DNA of 64,000 bases from Patescibacteria group bacterium (lineage in GTDB: Bacteria > Patescibacteriota > WWE3 > UBA101185 > UBA10185). The DNA lies in the NCBI GenBank assembly GCA_049322215.1, contig JBMORU010000001.1, positions 772,023 to 836,022 of the forward strand, read 5' to 3'. The notes below the pieces were generated by a model. It had not been told where the DNA came from and did no database searches. It was given only the letters and a program-made list of their open reading frames with translations. This document shows, piece by piece, positions 9,937-20,066 of the stretch (positions within the stretch are counted from its first letter, which is position 1; each line of letters opens with the position of its first letter). Both the position numbers and the translations under genes were made by a program.

Positions 9937-10950
9937 ATGTTACGTGATAGACTGCTCAATTTAATTGGTCCTCTACCAGAAAAGGTAGACTTGGATCCTA
10001 AAATTCTAGAAGAATCGGATTGTAAGACATTCATACGAAAAAAAGTAGAATATAGTGTAGAAGGTGGAGAACGCGTAAAAGCTTATTTATGCCACCCTAG
10101 AGATGTATCGGTACCTAAACCTGCTATATTTTGTCATCATCAACATGATGGTAATTGGGTAATTGGTAAAAGCGAGCCTGCCGGTTTAATTGGTAGTGCC
10201 GATATGTTTTATGCTAAAGAACTTGCCGAACGAGGTTTTGTAACAATAACACCCGATTCACTCGGCTTTGAAGAAAGAAATACAAACCCGTACGCAGGAA
10301 TTGATATATTAAATGCGTATGCCCACGAAGATGAATTTATTCACCGCCTTTTAGTAGGATATACGCTTTTCGCCAAAGCATGGCACGATATTTCGATAGC
10401 TATTGACTATGTTCAATCCTTAGAATTTGTAGAAAAGGAAAAAGTTGGTTTCATTGGGCATTCCTTTGGTGGCTATATGGCCTTATTTATTCCTGCATTT
10501 GAGCAAAGAATAAAAGCGGCTGTTTCAAATTGCGGTAGCTTCACTTTTAGAAATTCTATAGACGGTGGCTACAGCGTAATTAAAGAGCTATGCATTCCCG
10601 GGATTGCAAACACATGTGATGTAGATGAAGTTGTTGGCTTGATTGCACCACGAAGTTTGTTAATATCTACCACTAAAAATGACTCATGGAGTAATAGTGC
10701 TGAGTTAATTTTTGATACAGCAAAAGACGCGTTTCCGGACTCTAATTTAGAATTAAAAGTTCATGATGCCGATGGGCATGTTTTTACTAAAGAAATGCGA
10801 AACTACGCCTACAACTTTTTAGACACGCATTTGAATAAGCCTAGCTCAATAAAAGAGGGCAGTAGCGCTGAAAACGAAATAAAAAGTTTAGCTCCGGGTA
10901 AGCCCAAGCTGGATGTTCCCCCGCCACCTTCAGTAAGCAGCATAAAATAG
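9937..10950 (+). CDS. alpha/beta hydrolase (dienelactone hydrolase-like)
   Basis: GHSFGG nucleophile elbow, C-terminal GHVF His. Confidence 0.8.
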   Translation: MLRDRLLNLIGPLPEKVDLDPKILEESDCKTFIRKKVEYSVEGGERVKAYLCHPRDVSVPKPAIFCHHQHDGNWVIGKSEPAGLIGSADMFYAKELAERGFVTITPDSLGFEERNTNPYAGIDILNAYAHEDEFIHRLLVGYTLFAKAWHDISIAIDYVQSLEFVEKEKVGFIGHSFGGYMALFIPAFEQRIKAAVSNCGSFTFRNSIDGGYSVIKELCIPGIANTCDVDEVVGLIAPRSLLISTTKNDSWSNSAELIFDTAKDAFPDSNLELKVHDADGHVFTKEMRNYAYNFLDTHLNKPSSIKEGSSAENEIKSLAPGKPKLDVPPPPSVSSIK

Positions 10951-10961
10951 TATTGCCTTTA

Positions 10962-12143
10962 TTACTCGTATCTTAATGCTTCAATTGGATTTTTTTTGCT
11001 TGCTTTAATTGCAGGGTATGTTCCAAAAATTATTCCTACAAATACTGCAAACCCAAAAGCTACAAACACTGCAGATAAAGGTAATGCTGTTTCTACGAAT
11101 TGTTTAGCTGCTACAGAAAGTAGATAGCCAAGTATTAACCCAACAATCCCTCCAACAGAACTTAGCAAAATAGATTCAATTAAAAATTGTACTGCAACAT
11201 CATTATTAGTAGCTCCGAGAGCTTTTCGTAAACCTATTTCTCTTGTACGCTCTGTAACAGAAACCAACATAATATTCATAATTCCTATTCCTCCTACTAA
11301 AAGTGAAATTCCGGCAATTGCACCTAAACCTATGGTCAATATTTGCAATATATTTTGTATTGAACCAAGAATTTCTTCTTGTGAAATTACAGTGAAGTCG
11401 TCGTCATCCAGATCACGCAATAAGGCTAACTCAATTTCTCTTTTTGCAATATTAACTTGTTCATTGCTAATCACTTTTGTTCCAATGTTACTAAAATTGT
11501 CTATTTCTAGCGTTTCCATTATAGATGTGTAAGGCGTCATAACAACGTCATCAAAGTCCATTCCCTTTTCTTTAAAAGTACCTATTACTTCATAGCTTTC
11601 TGTTCCTATTTCAATGGTTTCACCAATTGGATTTTTTGAGCCAAAAAGCTCTTGTTTAGCAGTATTACCCAAAATTGCCACTTTTTCTTTTCCGCTAATG
11701 TCGGCTTTAGTAAACTTTCTACCGGTATTTAACTCGAAATTGAACACATTCAAAGCTTGTTCGTTCCCCCCGTTTATAGTTGCATTGTAACTATTTGTTT
11801 TGAATATCACTTTTTGTCCCACTCTAATTTGAGGAGTAATTCCTGCCAAGTGTTGTGCTCCATGAGTTTCTATTAATTCTATGTGTTTTTCTCCCAGTTT
11901 ATTTTTGGTTAAATATTTTGCAGGGTCGTCTCCTAAATCTACCTGACCGGGAGAAACCATTAATAAATTCGACCCTAATGCGTTAAATCGATCAGTTATG
12001 TAATTTTGCATTCCCTGTCCAATTGACACCAAAGAAACAACCGAAAAGACACCAATGATAACTCCCAATGTAGTCAAAAAAGAGCGTACTTTATTTGCAC
12101 GTAGGGCAACTGTTGCAGTTTTGAATGTTTCTTCATATTTCAC
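10962..12143 (-). CDS. MacB/YknZ-like ABC transporter permease (orphan paralog)
   Basis: RSFLTTLGVIIGV, GGIGIMNIMLVSVTERTREIGLRKALGA, C-terminal PIEALRYE; GTG start. Confidence 0.9.
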   Translation of the reverse strand: MKYEETFKTATVALRANKVRSFLTTLGVIIGVFSVVSLVSIGQGMQNYITDRFNALGSNLLMVSPGQVDLGDDPAKYLTKNKLGEKHIELIETHGAQHLAGITPQIRVGQKVIFKTNSYNATINGGNEQALNVFNFELNTGRKFTKADISGKEKVAILGNTAKQELFGSKNPIGETIEIGTESYEVIGTFKEKGMDFDDVVMTPYTSIMETLEIDNFSNIGTKVISNEQVNIAKREIELALLRDLDDDDFTVISQEEILGSIQNILQILTIGLGAIAGISLLVGGIGIMNIMLVSVTERTREIGLRKALGATNNDVAVQFLIESILLSSVGGIVGLILGYLLSVAAKQFVETALPLSAVFVAFGFAVFVGIIFGTYPAIKASKKNPIEALRYE

Positions 12144-12183
12144 GTTTATAGATTACCAAAGTATTGTATTTATGGGAAATAGC

Positions 12184-13419
12184 TTAATTTTTATCTAAAG
12201 TAATATAGTAAGTTAAATAAGAGCCTATTGCGGCCAATGCAAAAATCCATTTCCAGGATTCTAAAGAAAGAATAGTAAGAAACCCTACTAATGCGGTAAT
12301 AGCAAGAGATAAGTGTATTACAATTTCTCTGTAAATCATAAAATTTGAGGTTCCTGATTTTTTTGCTTTCTCGTAAGATAGTGTTGTCAAAGGTATTCCA
12401 AACATGGGTGCGTTTAAACGATCTGCCGTATCAATAACATATAAAGCTAAGGGAGTAGTTAAAAATATTCTTGGTAAGTATAACGTCCCATTTATAAATG
12501 CGCCTATTGCGTGTATAACCTTTGGACCATGTTTGTCTAAATACTTTCCTACAATTAGTGTGGAAATTATTGATATAAGCATTGTTACTGACTTTAATGA
12601 CCCAATTGCTATGAAGTTTTTTAAGACTACAAATAATAAAATTGGCCAAAATACCTCGTAAACTAGTGCGTCCATGCCTTGTCCGAAATAGGCTATGGTA
12701 GTTTTTTTAAATTTGCCGTTAAGCAAGTAGTTTTCGATTATATCCGTAGGATTATGCTCCCCGTGCTTCCATTCGCTTACATTAAACAGTATGGGTAATC
12801 CTCCAAACAAAAGTAAAATAATACTAGTAATAAAAAGTACACTAAAACCAAACTTAGCAATTATTAGCCCGCCCAATATGGGTCCTAGTCCATTTGCTAT
12901 TTTTACATAAAATTCTCTTTTTCCTACATTTGTTCCGTATTGCCCATCGTCTTCTTTTAGTTTGTTAATTGAAAAAATATGGAAGGGAATCCAATAAAAA
13001 ACTATTGTTACTCCTGTAAGACACGAAGCAAGAAATAACCATCTTATATCATTTTCAGCTAATAGCCAGCAAACAATAATTAGTATTAGCGCTATAAAGC
13101 TTATAAAAATTGATCTATGAAAGTTAATCTTTGTAAAAATTAATTTGCTAAACCAAAGTGTTATGGCAAGGGTACTTAGTGATCTAAAAAAGAAATAAAT
13201 AAGAATCCAGGCGATCCCGTTTAGCGTATTGTCAGTGTGAAACCAGGTGTACCCGAATGAAGTTTCATAAATAAATATAGGTAAAAAAACACCAATTAAA
13301 GCTAAAGCAAAGGCTCTTATACCCTCTGTCAAATATAATGCGGCAGCTTCGCTTATTCGCGTTTCTACTGGATTAATTAAATGATGTGAACTTAGTTTTG
13401 TATTGTGATTTAAAGGCAC
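12184..13419 (-). CDS. MFS transporter
   Basis: About 12 TMs, GKYLDKHG loop motif. Confidence 0.75.
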   Translation of the reverse strand: MPLNHNTKLSSHHLINPVETRISEAAALYLTEGIRAFALALIGVFLPIFIYETSFGYTWFHTDNTLNGIAWILIYFFFRSLSTLAITLWFSKLIFTKINFHRSIFISFIALILIIVCWLLAENDIRWLFLASCLTGVTIVFYWIPFHIFSINKLKEDDGQYGTNVGKREFYVKIANGLGPILGGLIIAKFGFSVLFITSIILLLFGGLPILFNVSEWKHGEHNPTDIIENYLLNGKFKKTTIAYFGQGMDALVYEVFWPILLFVVLKNFIAIGSLKSVTMLISIISTLIVGKYLDKHGPKVIHAIGAFINGTLYLPRIFLTTPLALYVIDTADRLNAPMFGIPLTTLSYEKAKKSGTSNFMIYREIVIHLSLAITALVGFLTILSLESWKWIFALAAIGSYLTYYITLDKN

Positions 13420-13499
13420 AGTAATAAAATTATTGCTTTTTTACGCCTGCTAAACAAGTCTTATTACAAAAAAAACTGGACATGATATAATTTTTTCGC

Positions 13500-14417
13500 A
13501 TGAAAAAACATAGACCTGTAACTAAAGCCGTAATTGCTGCCGCTGGGTATGGTACCCGATTTTTACCTGCAACTAAAAATCAGCCAAAAGAAATGCTTCC
13601 AATTATAGATAAGCCTATAATTCATTACGTGGTAGAGGAAGCCGTTAAATCTGGTATTACAGATATAATATTAGTTTCACGAGCAGGGCAACATGTTATG
13701 GAAGATTATTTTGATAATCATTTAGAACTAGAGCACGCGTTAAGAGAAGCTGGAAAAACTGACCGCTTAAAAATGGTGCAAGAAATACCCCAAATGGCAA
13801 ACTTTGTGTACGTAAGGCAAAAGGGAAATTTACCTTATGGAAATGCCTCACCTTTAATAGCTGCAAAAAAATTAATAGATGATGATGAGGCTTTTGTATA
13901 TATGTTTGCAGACGATATAACCTTAGGTAATCCCCCAATAACAAGGCAGTTAATTGAAGTTTACAACGAGTATCATCCTTCGGCTGTTTTGGCCACCCAA
14001 GAAGTTCCATGGAATCAAGTTTACCGCTATGCTACTTTAGAATTTAAAAAAGACGCTAGTTATGCTTATGCTATGGCCAAGGGCTACGAAAAATTAAATG
14101 AAGCTGAAGCCCCTTCAAATATGATTCAGGTGGGACGTTTTGTGTTTACTCACGATGTAATTAAAGCCGTAGAAACATGTCCTACAGGAAAAGACGGTGA
14201 ATTATGGATGATAGACGTTTTAAATCAAGTTGCACATGAGGGTAAAAAGGTATATGCAGCACCATACGATGGAGAGTGGTTAACTACAGGAGATCCCTTA
14301 AACTTTATGAAAGCTATGTTTCGTGTTTCTATGGAAAGAGAAGATTTAAGAGATGACATACTAGACTACTTAAAACGTGAAATTTTGTCTTATTCTGAGT
14401 ACTACAACTCAAACTAG
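13500..14417 (+). CDS. galU: UTP--glucose-1-phosphate uridylyltransferase
   Basis: KAVIAAAGYGTRFLPATKNQPKEMLPIIDKP. Confidence 0.92.
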   Translation: MKKHRPVTKAVIAAAGYGTRFLPATKNQPKEMLPIIDKPIIHYVVEEAVKSGITDIILVSRAGQHVMEDYFDNHLELEHALREAGKTDRLKMVQEIPQMANFVYVRQKGNLPYGNASPLIAAKKLIDDDEAFVYMFADDITLGNPPITRQLIEVYNEYHPSAVLATQEVPWNQVYRYATLEFKKDASYAYAMAKGYEKLNEAEAPSNMIQVGRFVFTHDVIKAVETCPTGKDGELWMIDVLNQVAHEGKKVYAAPYDGEWLTTGDPLNFMKAMFRVSMEREDLRDDILDYLKREILSYSEYYNSN

Positions 14418-14446
14418 ACACAACTCGTGCTAAAATTCAGTGAACT

Positions 14447-15121
14447 ATGCAAAAGCTTACAAGTTTAAAAAAGCTTGGAGTATCAGCTAACTCTAAAATA
14501 TTATTAGTATTTCCTCATCCTGACGATGAGGCAGTATTTACCGGGGGTTTAATACAATTTAGTTTAAAAGCCCGTGCTGATCTTAAATTGATAGTGCTAA
14601 CAAAGGGTGAATCAAGCACCCTAAGACATGGTTTAAAAGAAACCCAAGATCTTGCTATTGAGCGTGAAAAAGAATTAAAAAAAGCATGTACTTTGTTAGG
14701 ACTAAAAAATTGTACACAATGTTCTTATGCTGATGGCTCTTTAGGCAGCACACAGCATGAGGTTACCGAATTTTTGTATGAGCAAATAAAGAGTTATAAT
14801 CCTGATTTTGTAGTTACATACGAACCTCAAGGGGTATATGGGCACGTAGACCATGTTCTTACATCAAAAATCATAACTAGTTTAAAACATGAGCTAAATT
14901 TTAAAATACTTTATGCCACAATTCATTTGGACTCTGAAGTTACTAAAGAAGTTTTTCCGTTAGAACCTAATATTATGTTGGAATTATCATCCTTGGATTT
15001 GGTAAAAAAACTTTTTGCTGTTTTATCGCATAAAAGCCAGTTTAGAGTTCACAAGCTTGATTCCTGGAAATGGATTAAACTCGCTATTTCAAAAAAAGAA
15101 TACTTTCACTTAATGTATTAG
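14447..15121 (+). CDS. PIG-L/LmbE family deacetylase
   Basis: PHPDDE and YGHVDH motifs, HKSQ. Confidence 0.88.
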   Translation: MQKLTSLKKLGVSANSKILLVFPHPDDEAVFTGGLIQFSLKARADLKLIVLTKGESSTLRHGLKETQDLAIEREKELKKACTLLGLKNCTQCSYADGSLGSTQHEVTEFLYEQIKSYNPDFVVTYEPQGVYGHVDHVLTSKIITSLKHELNFKILYATIHLDSEVTKEVFPLEPNIMLELSSLDLVKKLFAVLSHKSQFRVHKLDSWKWIKLAISKKEYFHLMY

Positions 15122-15130
15122 AATTTATTT

Positions 15131-15403
15131 ATGCAATGTCGTATATATTCAATTCAAGGGCGTGTTCAAGGTGTGGGGTTTAGGTGGTCCACGCTGCAAA
15201 AAGCGCGAGAACTAAAAATTTCGGGTACTGTAAAAAACTTATCAAATGGGGAAGTCGAATTATTTGCTTGTGGTGACACATGGCAACTTGAGCAATTAGA
15301 AAACTGGCTAAATAATGGAGGTCCTAAATTTAGCAAAATAGTCAATATTAGTGCTGAAAATGTAAGTATTGAAGTTTTGCCAATTGGTTTTGAAATTATT
15401 TAG
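15131..15403 (+). CDS. acyP: acylphosphatase
   Basis: GRVQGVGFR and GTVKN motifs. Confidence 0.92.
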   Translation: MQCRIYSIQGRVQGVGFRWSTLQKARELKISGTVKNLSNGEVELFACGDTWQLEQLENWLNNGGPKFSKIVNISAENVSIEVLPIGFEII

Positions 15404-17096
15404 ACTCAATAGGATCAAGTCTTTTAAACAAAGGCACCGGCTTCACCTTCGTATCAATGTTATCCATAATATTTTGAATATCCCTTATTTCTTGACTTAT
15501 TTCAGGCCAAAAGTTTTGATCTTTTATGTTAAGTAAGTTAAATATATTTTTTGATGCATCAGGTAATAATGGTATTAAAAGAGTTGCAAGTGCAACTACA
15601 ATTGAATATAAAGTTGCTATTTCACTTGAAAACTTTTCTGCATTTGTCTTTTTTGACTCCCAAACAGTGTTTTCGTTTACATATTCATTTCCTTTGGAAG
15701 ATAGTTCAAGTACTACCTGTAAGTAGTCTCTAAATTGCGCTTTTTCTAAATAATCTCGCGCATTAGCAAAAGATTCTTCGATTTTTGTTTTTATATTTGA
15801 GTCCATTTTTGTGGAGTCTAACTTGGTATCTATTCCAAGGGATAAGGTTCTTTGTATAAAATTCCCAAGATTATTTACTAAGTCACCATTTACACGTTCT
15901 ACAAAGTCTTCCCATGAAAAGCTTGAATCTTTTGTTTCAGGCATTATTAGTGTTAAATAAAATCTAACAGCGTCATTTCCGTATTCGTTAACAATGTCTT
16001 CTATTTTAATAGAATGTCCTCGACTTTTTGAAAATTGTTTTCCAGCAAAATTTAAATATTGATTAATTGCTTGTACATCTGGTAGGTGTAGGCTTTTATC
16101 AAATACTTTAAGTTTCGCAGGCCAAAATAGAGTATGAAACACTAGATTGTCTTTTCCCATGAAATAGTAGTGCGTAATTTCGTTGTTATTTTTGTTATCG
16201 TACCAAAACTTTTCCCACGCATTTGGTTCTTTTACTATTTCTTTAGCCCACTCTATAGAGGCAGAGTAGTATCCAATTACTGCGTCAAACCACACATAAA
16301 ATCTTTTATTGTTAATGTTTTCTATTTGTTTATCTTTTGGAATTTGGTCTATAGGTAAGGGCACACCCCAATCTAAATCTCTTGTAATAGCTCTTGATTG
16401 CAGTCCTTCCTTTAGCCATCCCTTTGTTTGTTGATAAACCCAGTTTTTCCAATAGTATTTTTTGCTAGTCTCGTCTATGTATTTTTCTAAATTTAAGTTT
16501 TTTTGTGCCTTTTCCCAGTTTACAAAATAGTGTTCGGTGTCTTTTAATATTACCGGATCTCCGGAAATGTTGCTTTTTGGATTTATAACTTCACCCTGGT
16601 TAATTAATTTTCCGCAGTCATCACATTGATCACTTCTAGCTTCTTCAAAGCCACAAAATGGACATTCACCTACTACATATCTATCAGGCAAAAATCTATT
16701 TTCAGTGGGGGAGAAGTATTGTTTTTGAGTTTTGATTTCTATGTAGTCATTCTCAAGTAAGCTTAAAAAAAATGCCTGTGTTATTTCAGCATGATTTTTT
16801 GTATCAGTTTTTGTGTAATTGTCGTAACTAAGTTTTAAAACATTCTTAAATAAATGTACGTCTTTGGCGTGATATTCTTTAACAATGTCTGGAGGAGTTA
16901 GACCTTTTTTATCTGCCTCTACAGTTATAGGTGTTCCATGGCAGTCTGAACCAGAAACCATTAAAACGTTGTTTCCTATTGCCCGGTGAAAACGCGCACA
17001 AATATCTGCAGGCAACAAATAGCCTGCTAGGTGTCCAATGTGAAGTTCTCCATTTACATATGGCCAGGCAATAGCCACTAGTACGTTTTTGCTCAT
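15396..17096 (-). CDS. metG: methionyl-tRNA synthetase (short form)
   Basis: PYVNGELHIGH (HIGH), FSKS, zinc knuckle, YVWFDA; start placed at ATG 17096 downstream of a -10 box. Confidence 0.95.
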   Translation of the reverse strand: MSKNVLVAIAWPYVNGELHIGHLAGYLLPADICARFHRAIGNNVLMVSGSDCHGTPITVEADKKGLTPPDIVKEYHAKDVHLFKNVLKLSYDNYTKTDTKNHAEITQAFFLSLLENDYIEIKTQKQYFSPTENRFLPDRYVVGECPFCGFEEARSDQCDDCGKLINQGEVINPKSNISGDPVILKDTEHYFVNWEKAQKNLNLEKYIDETSKKYYWKNWVYQQTKGWLKEGLQSRAITRDLDWGVPLPIDQIPKDKQIENINNKRFYVWFDAVIGYYSASIEWAKEIVKEPNAWEKFWYDNKNNNEITHYYFMGKDNLVFHTLFWPAKLKVFDKSLHLPDVQAINQYLNFAGKQFSKSRGHSIKIEDIVNEYGNDAVRFYLTLIMPETKDSSFSWEDFVERVNGDLVNNLGNFIQRTLSLGIDTKLDSTKMDSNIKTKIEESFANARDYLEKAQFRDYLQVVLELSSKGNEYVNENTVWESKKTNAEKFSSEIATLYSIVVALATLLIPLLPDASKNIFNLLNIKDQNFWPEISQEIRDIQNIMDNIDTKVKPVPLFKRLDPIESK

Positions 17097-17117
17097 AGCA
17101 ATGGTATTATACATTTT

Positions 17118-18365
17118 ATGAGCAAACATAAAAGAATTGTAATTTTGGGTGGTGGATTTGGTGGAGTTTATACATTTAAAAATTTAGTTCCCTTAGTTAA
17201 AAATGTTGCCGATATAACACTTATCAATGATACAAACTTTTTTTTGTTTACGCCTATGCTTCATGAAGTAGCTACTGGGGGCTTAGGTACTCATCATATT
17301 ACGCAGCCTTTACGTACAATAACTTCAAATGAAAAAGCAAAACTCATAATAGGTAAGGTAACAAAAATAAACTTAAGTGAAAGAAAAGTTTTTGTAGACT
17401 CACAGGTTATAGAGTACGACTATTTAGTTTTGGCTCTTGGTGCAAATAGTAACTTTTTTGGAATAGAAGGAGCTGAAAGTCATTGCTTTCCCCTTAAAAC
17501 CTTAGAAGATGCAGCTAAGCTAAAAAATCATTTTATAGATATGTTTGACACTGCATGTACTGTGAACTCTGCTGAAGTCAGAAAACGTTTACTTTCCTTT
17601 GTAGTTGTAGGTGGAGGTGCCACAGGTGTAGAACTTGCTGCCGAAATGTCTGAGTTTTTTTATGATACACTCTGCGATTTATATCCTGAAATAGATAAAA
17701 AAGAAGTGCATATAACTCTACTTGATAACGGTAATAGGTTGTTAGCACAGTTTCCAGAATCAATGAGCAATCAAGCTGCTAAAGTGCTATTTGAAAAAAA
17801 TATTGAAGTTAAACTAAATGCACAAGTTGTTAGTGTTGATAAAAATAAAGTAACTTTAAAAGATGGGTTAGTCATGCCAACTGCTACCGTTGTATGGACG
17901 GCAGGAGTTAAACCGTATTTGCCTACCTTTGAAGAAAACTACCCAGTATGCACTAAAGACCGTATACATGTTAACGAATACTTGCAACTTGAAAATTACT
18001 CAAACGTTTATGCTCTTGGAGATATAGCTTGTTGTGTTGATAAAGAAACAGGGAAACCCTACCCTATGTTAGCGCAAGTTGCTACAAAACAGGCTTCCGT
18101 AGTTGCGCACAATATTTATCAAAATATTCTTGAGCAAAATGATAATATGCAGGAATTTTATTTTAAAGAGGCTGGTTTGCTAGTGTCTTTAGGACAATGG
18201 GAAGCCTCAGGAATAGTAAAGGGAATGAAAGTATCTGGTGTGTTTGCCTGGTGGCTTTGGAGAACTGTTTACTTAACCAAATTTATTTCTTGGCCCAAAC
18301 GCTTAAAAATTGCCTTAGATTGGACTATTAACATATTTTCTAATAGAGATATTTCAAAACTTTAG
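17118..18365 (+). CDS. ndh: type II NADH dehydrogenase / FAD-dependent oxidoreductase
   Basis: GGGFGG, VVGGGATGVELAAE, ALGD, AQVA motifs. Confidence 0.88.
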   Translation: MSKHKRIVILGGGFGGVYTFKNLVPLVKNVADITLINDTNFFLFTPMLHEVATGGLGTHHITQPLRTITSNEKAKLIIGKVTKINLSERKVFVDSQVIEYDYLVLALGANSNFFGIEGAESHCFPLKTLEDAAKLKNHFIDMFDTACTVNSAEVRKRLLSFVVVGGGATGVELAAEMSEFFYDTLCDLYPEIDKKEVHITLLDNGNRLLAQFPESMSNQAAKVLFEKNIEVKLNAQVVSVDKNKVTLKDGLVMPTATVVWTAGVKPYLPTFEENYPVCTKDRIHVNEYLQLENYSNVYALGDIACCVDKETGKPYPMLAQVATKQASVVAHNIYQNILEQNDNMQEFYFKEAGLLVSLGQWEASGIVKGMKVSGVFAWWLWRTVYLTKFISWPKRLKIALDWTINIFSNRDISKL

Positions 18366-18433
18366 CTTTTTATTTGTGTGACCTATCTTCTATTTTTCCG
18401 TTAAACTAGTTATCAAACTAAAAGGAGACAAAA

Positions 18434-19192
18434 ATGACGAATTTTTTTGTGCAAAGTTGCGCAGAAAACTACTGGTTTGTTTTACCGCCTGGAATATCGG
18501 GGACTGAGTGGCATGTTCCTGCAAGGCAGTTGCCCCTGCTAGACGCGATTAGTGTGCCTAAAAACACATCTGTGCTTCATTTAGGTGACATTAGAGGCGA
18601 AAAGGTTGGAGTAAGAACATCCTGGCTAGCAGATGTAATGGCACTTCTAGATGATTTTCTTGGCAAACACCCTTTTATTTCAAAGGTAGTTGTTCACTCA
18701 GAAAGTGCATTAGGATGGAAAGATGGCGAGGCTGCCGCTCGTAAAGAATTCTGGGCAAGGCTAGCCTCACTATCAAAGGCATCCGCTGCTGAAATAGTGA
18801 TTGAAAACAGCATTATTCTCAACCCTAGCAATAGGTACGATTTTGTAAGGTATCCTTTTGTTTTGGCTAAAGAAATTAGCCAATTTGGGTTAAGAATGAC
18901 TTTAGATGTAGGTCATGCATTAGTTTTTCATCCACTATCTGAACTTATGCCATTAGTTGCCAACAATCACAAAGTGGGTCACTTACATTTAGGTGATTGG
19001 CAACCCAGCAAAAAACCAAACGGAAATCATTCTTTACCTTTGGGTACTGGTGTTTTACCGTTACCGGAAATTCTTGATAGGTATGCTGGTGATTCGTGTA
19101 CTTTAGAAGTAGGATGGGGAAAACTAAAAACATTACAGTCAGTTTTTGCACTCAATGCAAGTAGGGCAAAAGTTACACTGGGGGTTACTTAA
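18434..19192 (+). CDS. xylose isomerase-like / AP endonuclease 2 TIM barrel protein
   Basis: VVVH, IEN, LDVGH, HLHLGD, HSLPLGTG metal-binding motifs; AAAGGAG SD. Confidence 0.75.
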   Translation: MTNFFVQSCAENYWFVLPPGISGTEWHVPARQLPLLDAISVPKNTSVLHLGDIRGEKVGVRTSWLADVMALLDDFLGKHPFISKVVVHSESALGWKDGEAAARKEFWARLASLSKASAAEIVIENSIILNPSNRYDFVRYPFVLAKEISQFGLRMTLDVGHALVFHPLSELMPLVANNHKVGHLHLGDWQPSKKPNGNHSLPLGTGVLPLPEILDRYAGDSCTLEVGWGKLKTLQSVFALNASRAKVTLGVT

Positions 19193-19204
19193 GCTAAATA
19201 GCTT

Positions 19205-19945
19205 TTAAGTAACTTCCAGTATTTTTTTTATTCTCTCCAACCTTTCAGAGGTACCAACATCTTCCCAAAGGGTGTTTTGAGGATAAATAAAGGCTTTTAC
19301 ATCTTCTTTATTTGTTAAAAGAGTAGTATATAAATCATCATCCCCAAAAAGTCCCCAAAATACATTTTCTGGAATTAACTTTAAATGTGCTTTGTTTATT
19401 ATATGTTGAGACGCAAACACAAGTTTTGTTTTGGTATTTCCGTACTTGTTTCGGGCGGCTTCTGTAATATTGAAGTTATCATCTATACCTATGCTCTTTG
19501 CATAGGCGTCTTCGTTTTTATTAACTAATGCTAGCGTAGCTACTTGGGTGCCGTTTTTATGAAAATTAAGTAGTTTACTAAAATCTAAATTGGTTACTAT
19601 ATCAGCGTTGCAAACTAAAATGTCTTCGTTTTCATGTATAAAGTTTTCAGTTTTTTTTAAATCGCCTCCTGTTCCTAAAAGGTTATTTTCGGGTAGTTCT
19701 ATAAATTTTACTTTTAAGTGTTTGTAGTTATTTTTATATCTATCATAAAATTTTTCTGGGAAGTATCTTACTGTAATGATAACGTCACTTATTTTAGTGA
19801 GCGATATTCTATCAAGCGTGTATTCAATTAAAGGTTTCCCATTAACTTCTACAAGAGGTTTTGGAAGAGAATATGTAAGAGGACGTAGTCTAGTACCCAA
19901 GCCGCTCGCTAAAATTACTGCTGTTTTTACGTGTTTTTTTATCAT
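19205..19945 (-). CDS. NDP-sugar pyrophosphorylase family nucleotidyltransferase
   Basis: AVILASGLGTRLRPLT..PKPL, LGTGG, WEDVGT; ATG 19945 follows TATAAC. Confidence 0.88.
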   Translation of the reverse strand: MIKKHVKTAVILASGLGTRLRPLTYSLPKPLVEVNGKPLIEYTLDRISLTKISDVIITVRYFPEKFYDRYKNNYKHLKVKFIELPENNLLGTGGDLKKTENFIHENEDILVCNADIVTNLDFSKLLNFHKNGTQVATLALVNKNEDAYAKSIGIDDNFNITEAARNKYGNTKTKLVFASQHIINKAHLKLIPENVFWGLFGDDDLYTTLLTNKEDVKAFIYPQNTLWEDVGTSERLERIKKILEVT

Positions 19946-20066
19946 AGTGCTGTTATAACGAAATTTTACTATATTAATCACTCCTTGACTTATTTATATA
20001 AATATTTTATAAACTTAAGTTATAGTTTGTATACTATAAGTTTCTGCCCAATCTAAAGGAAAAATA

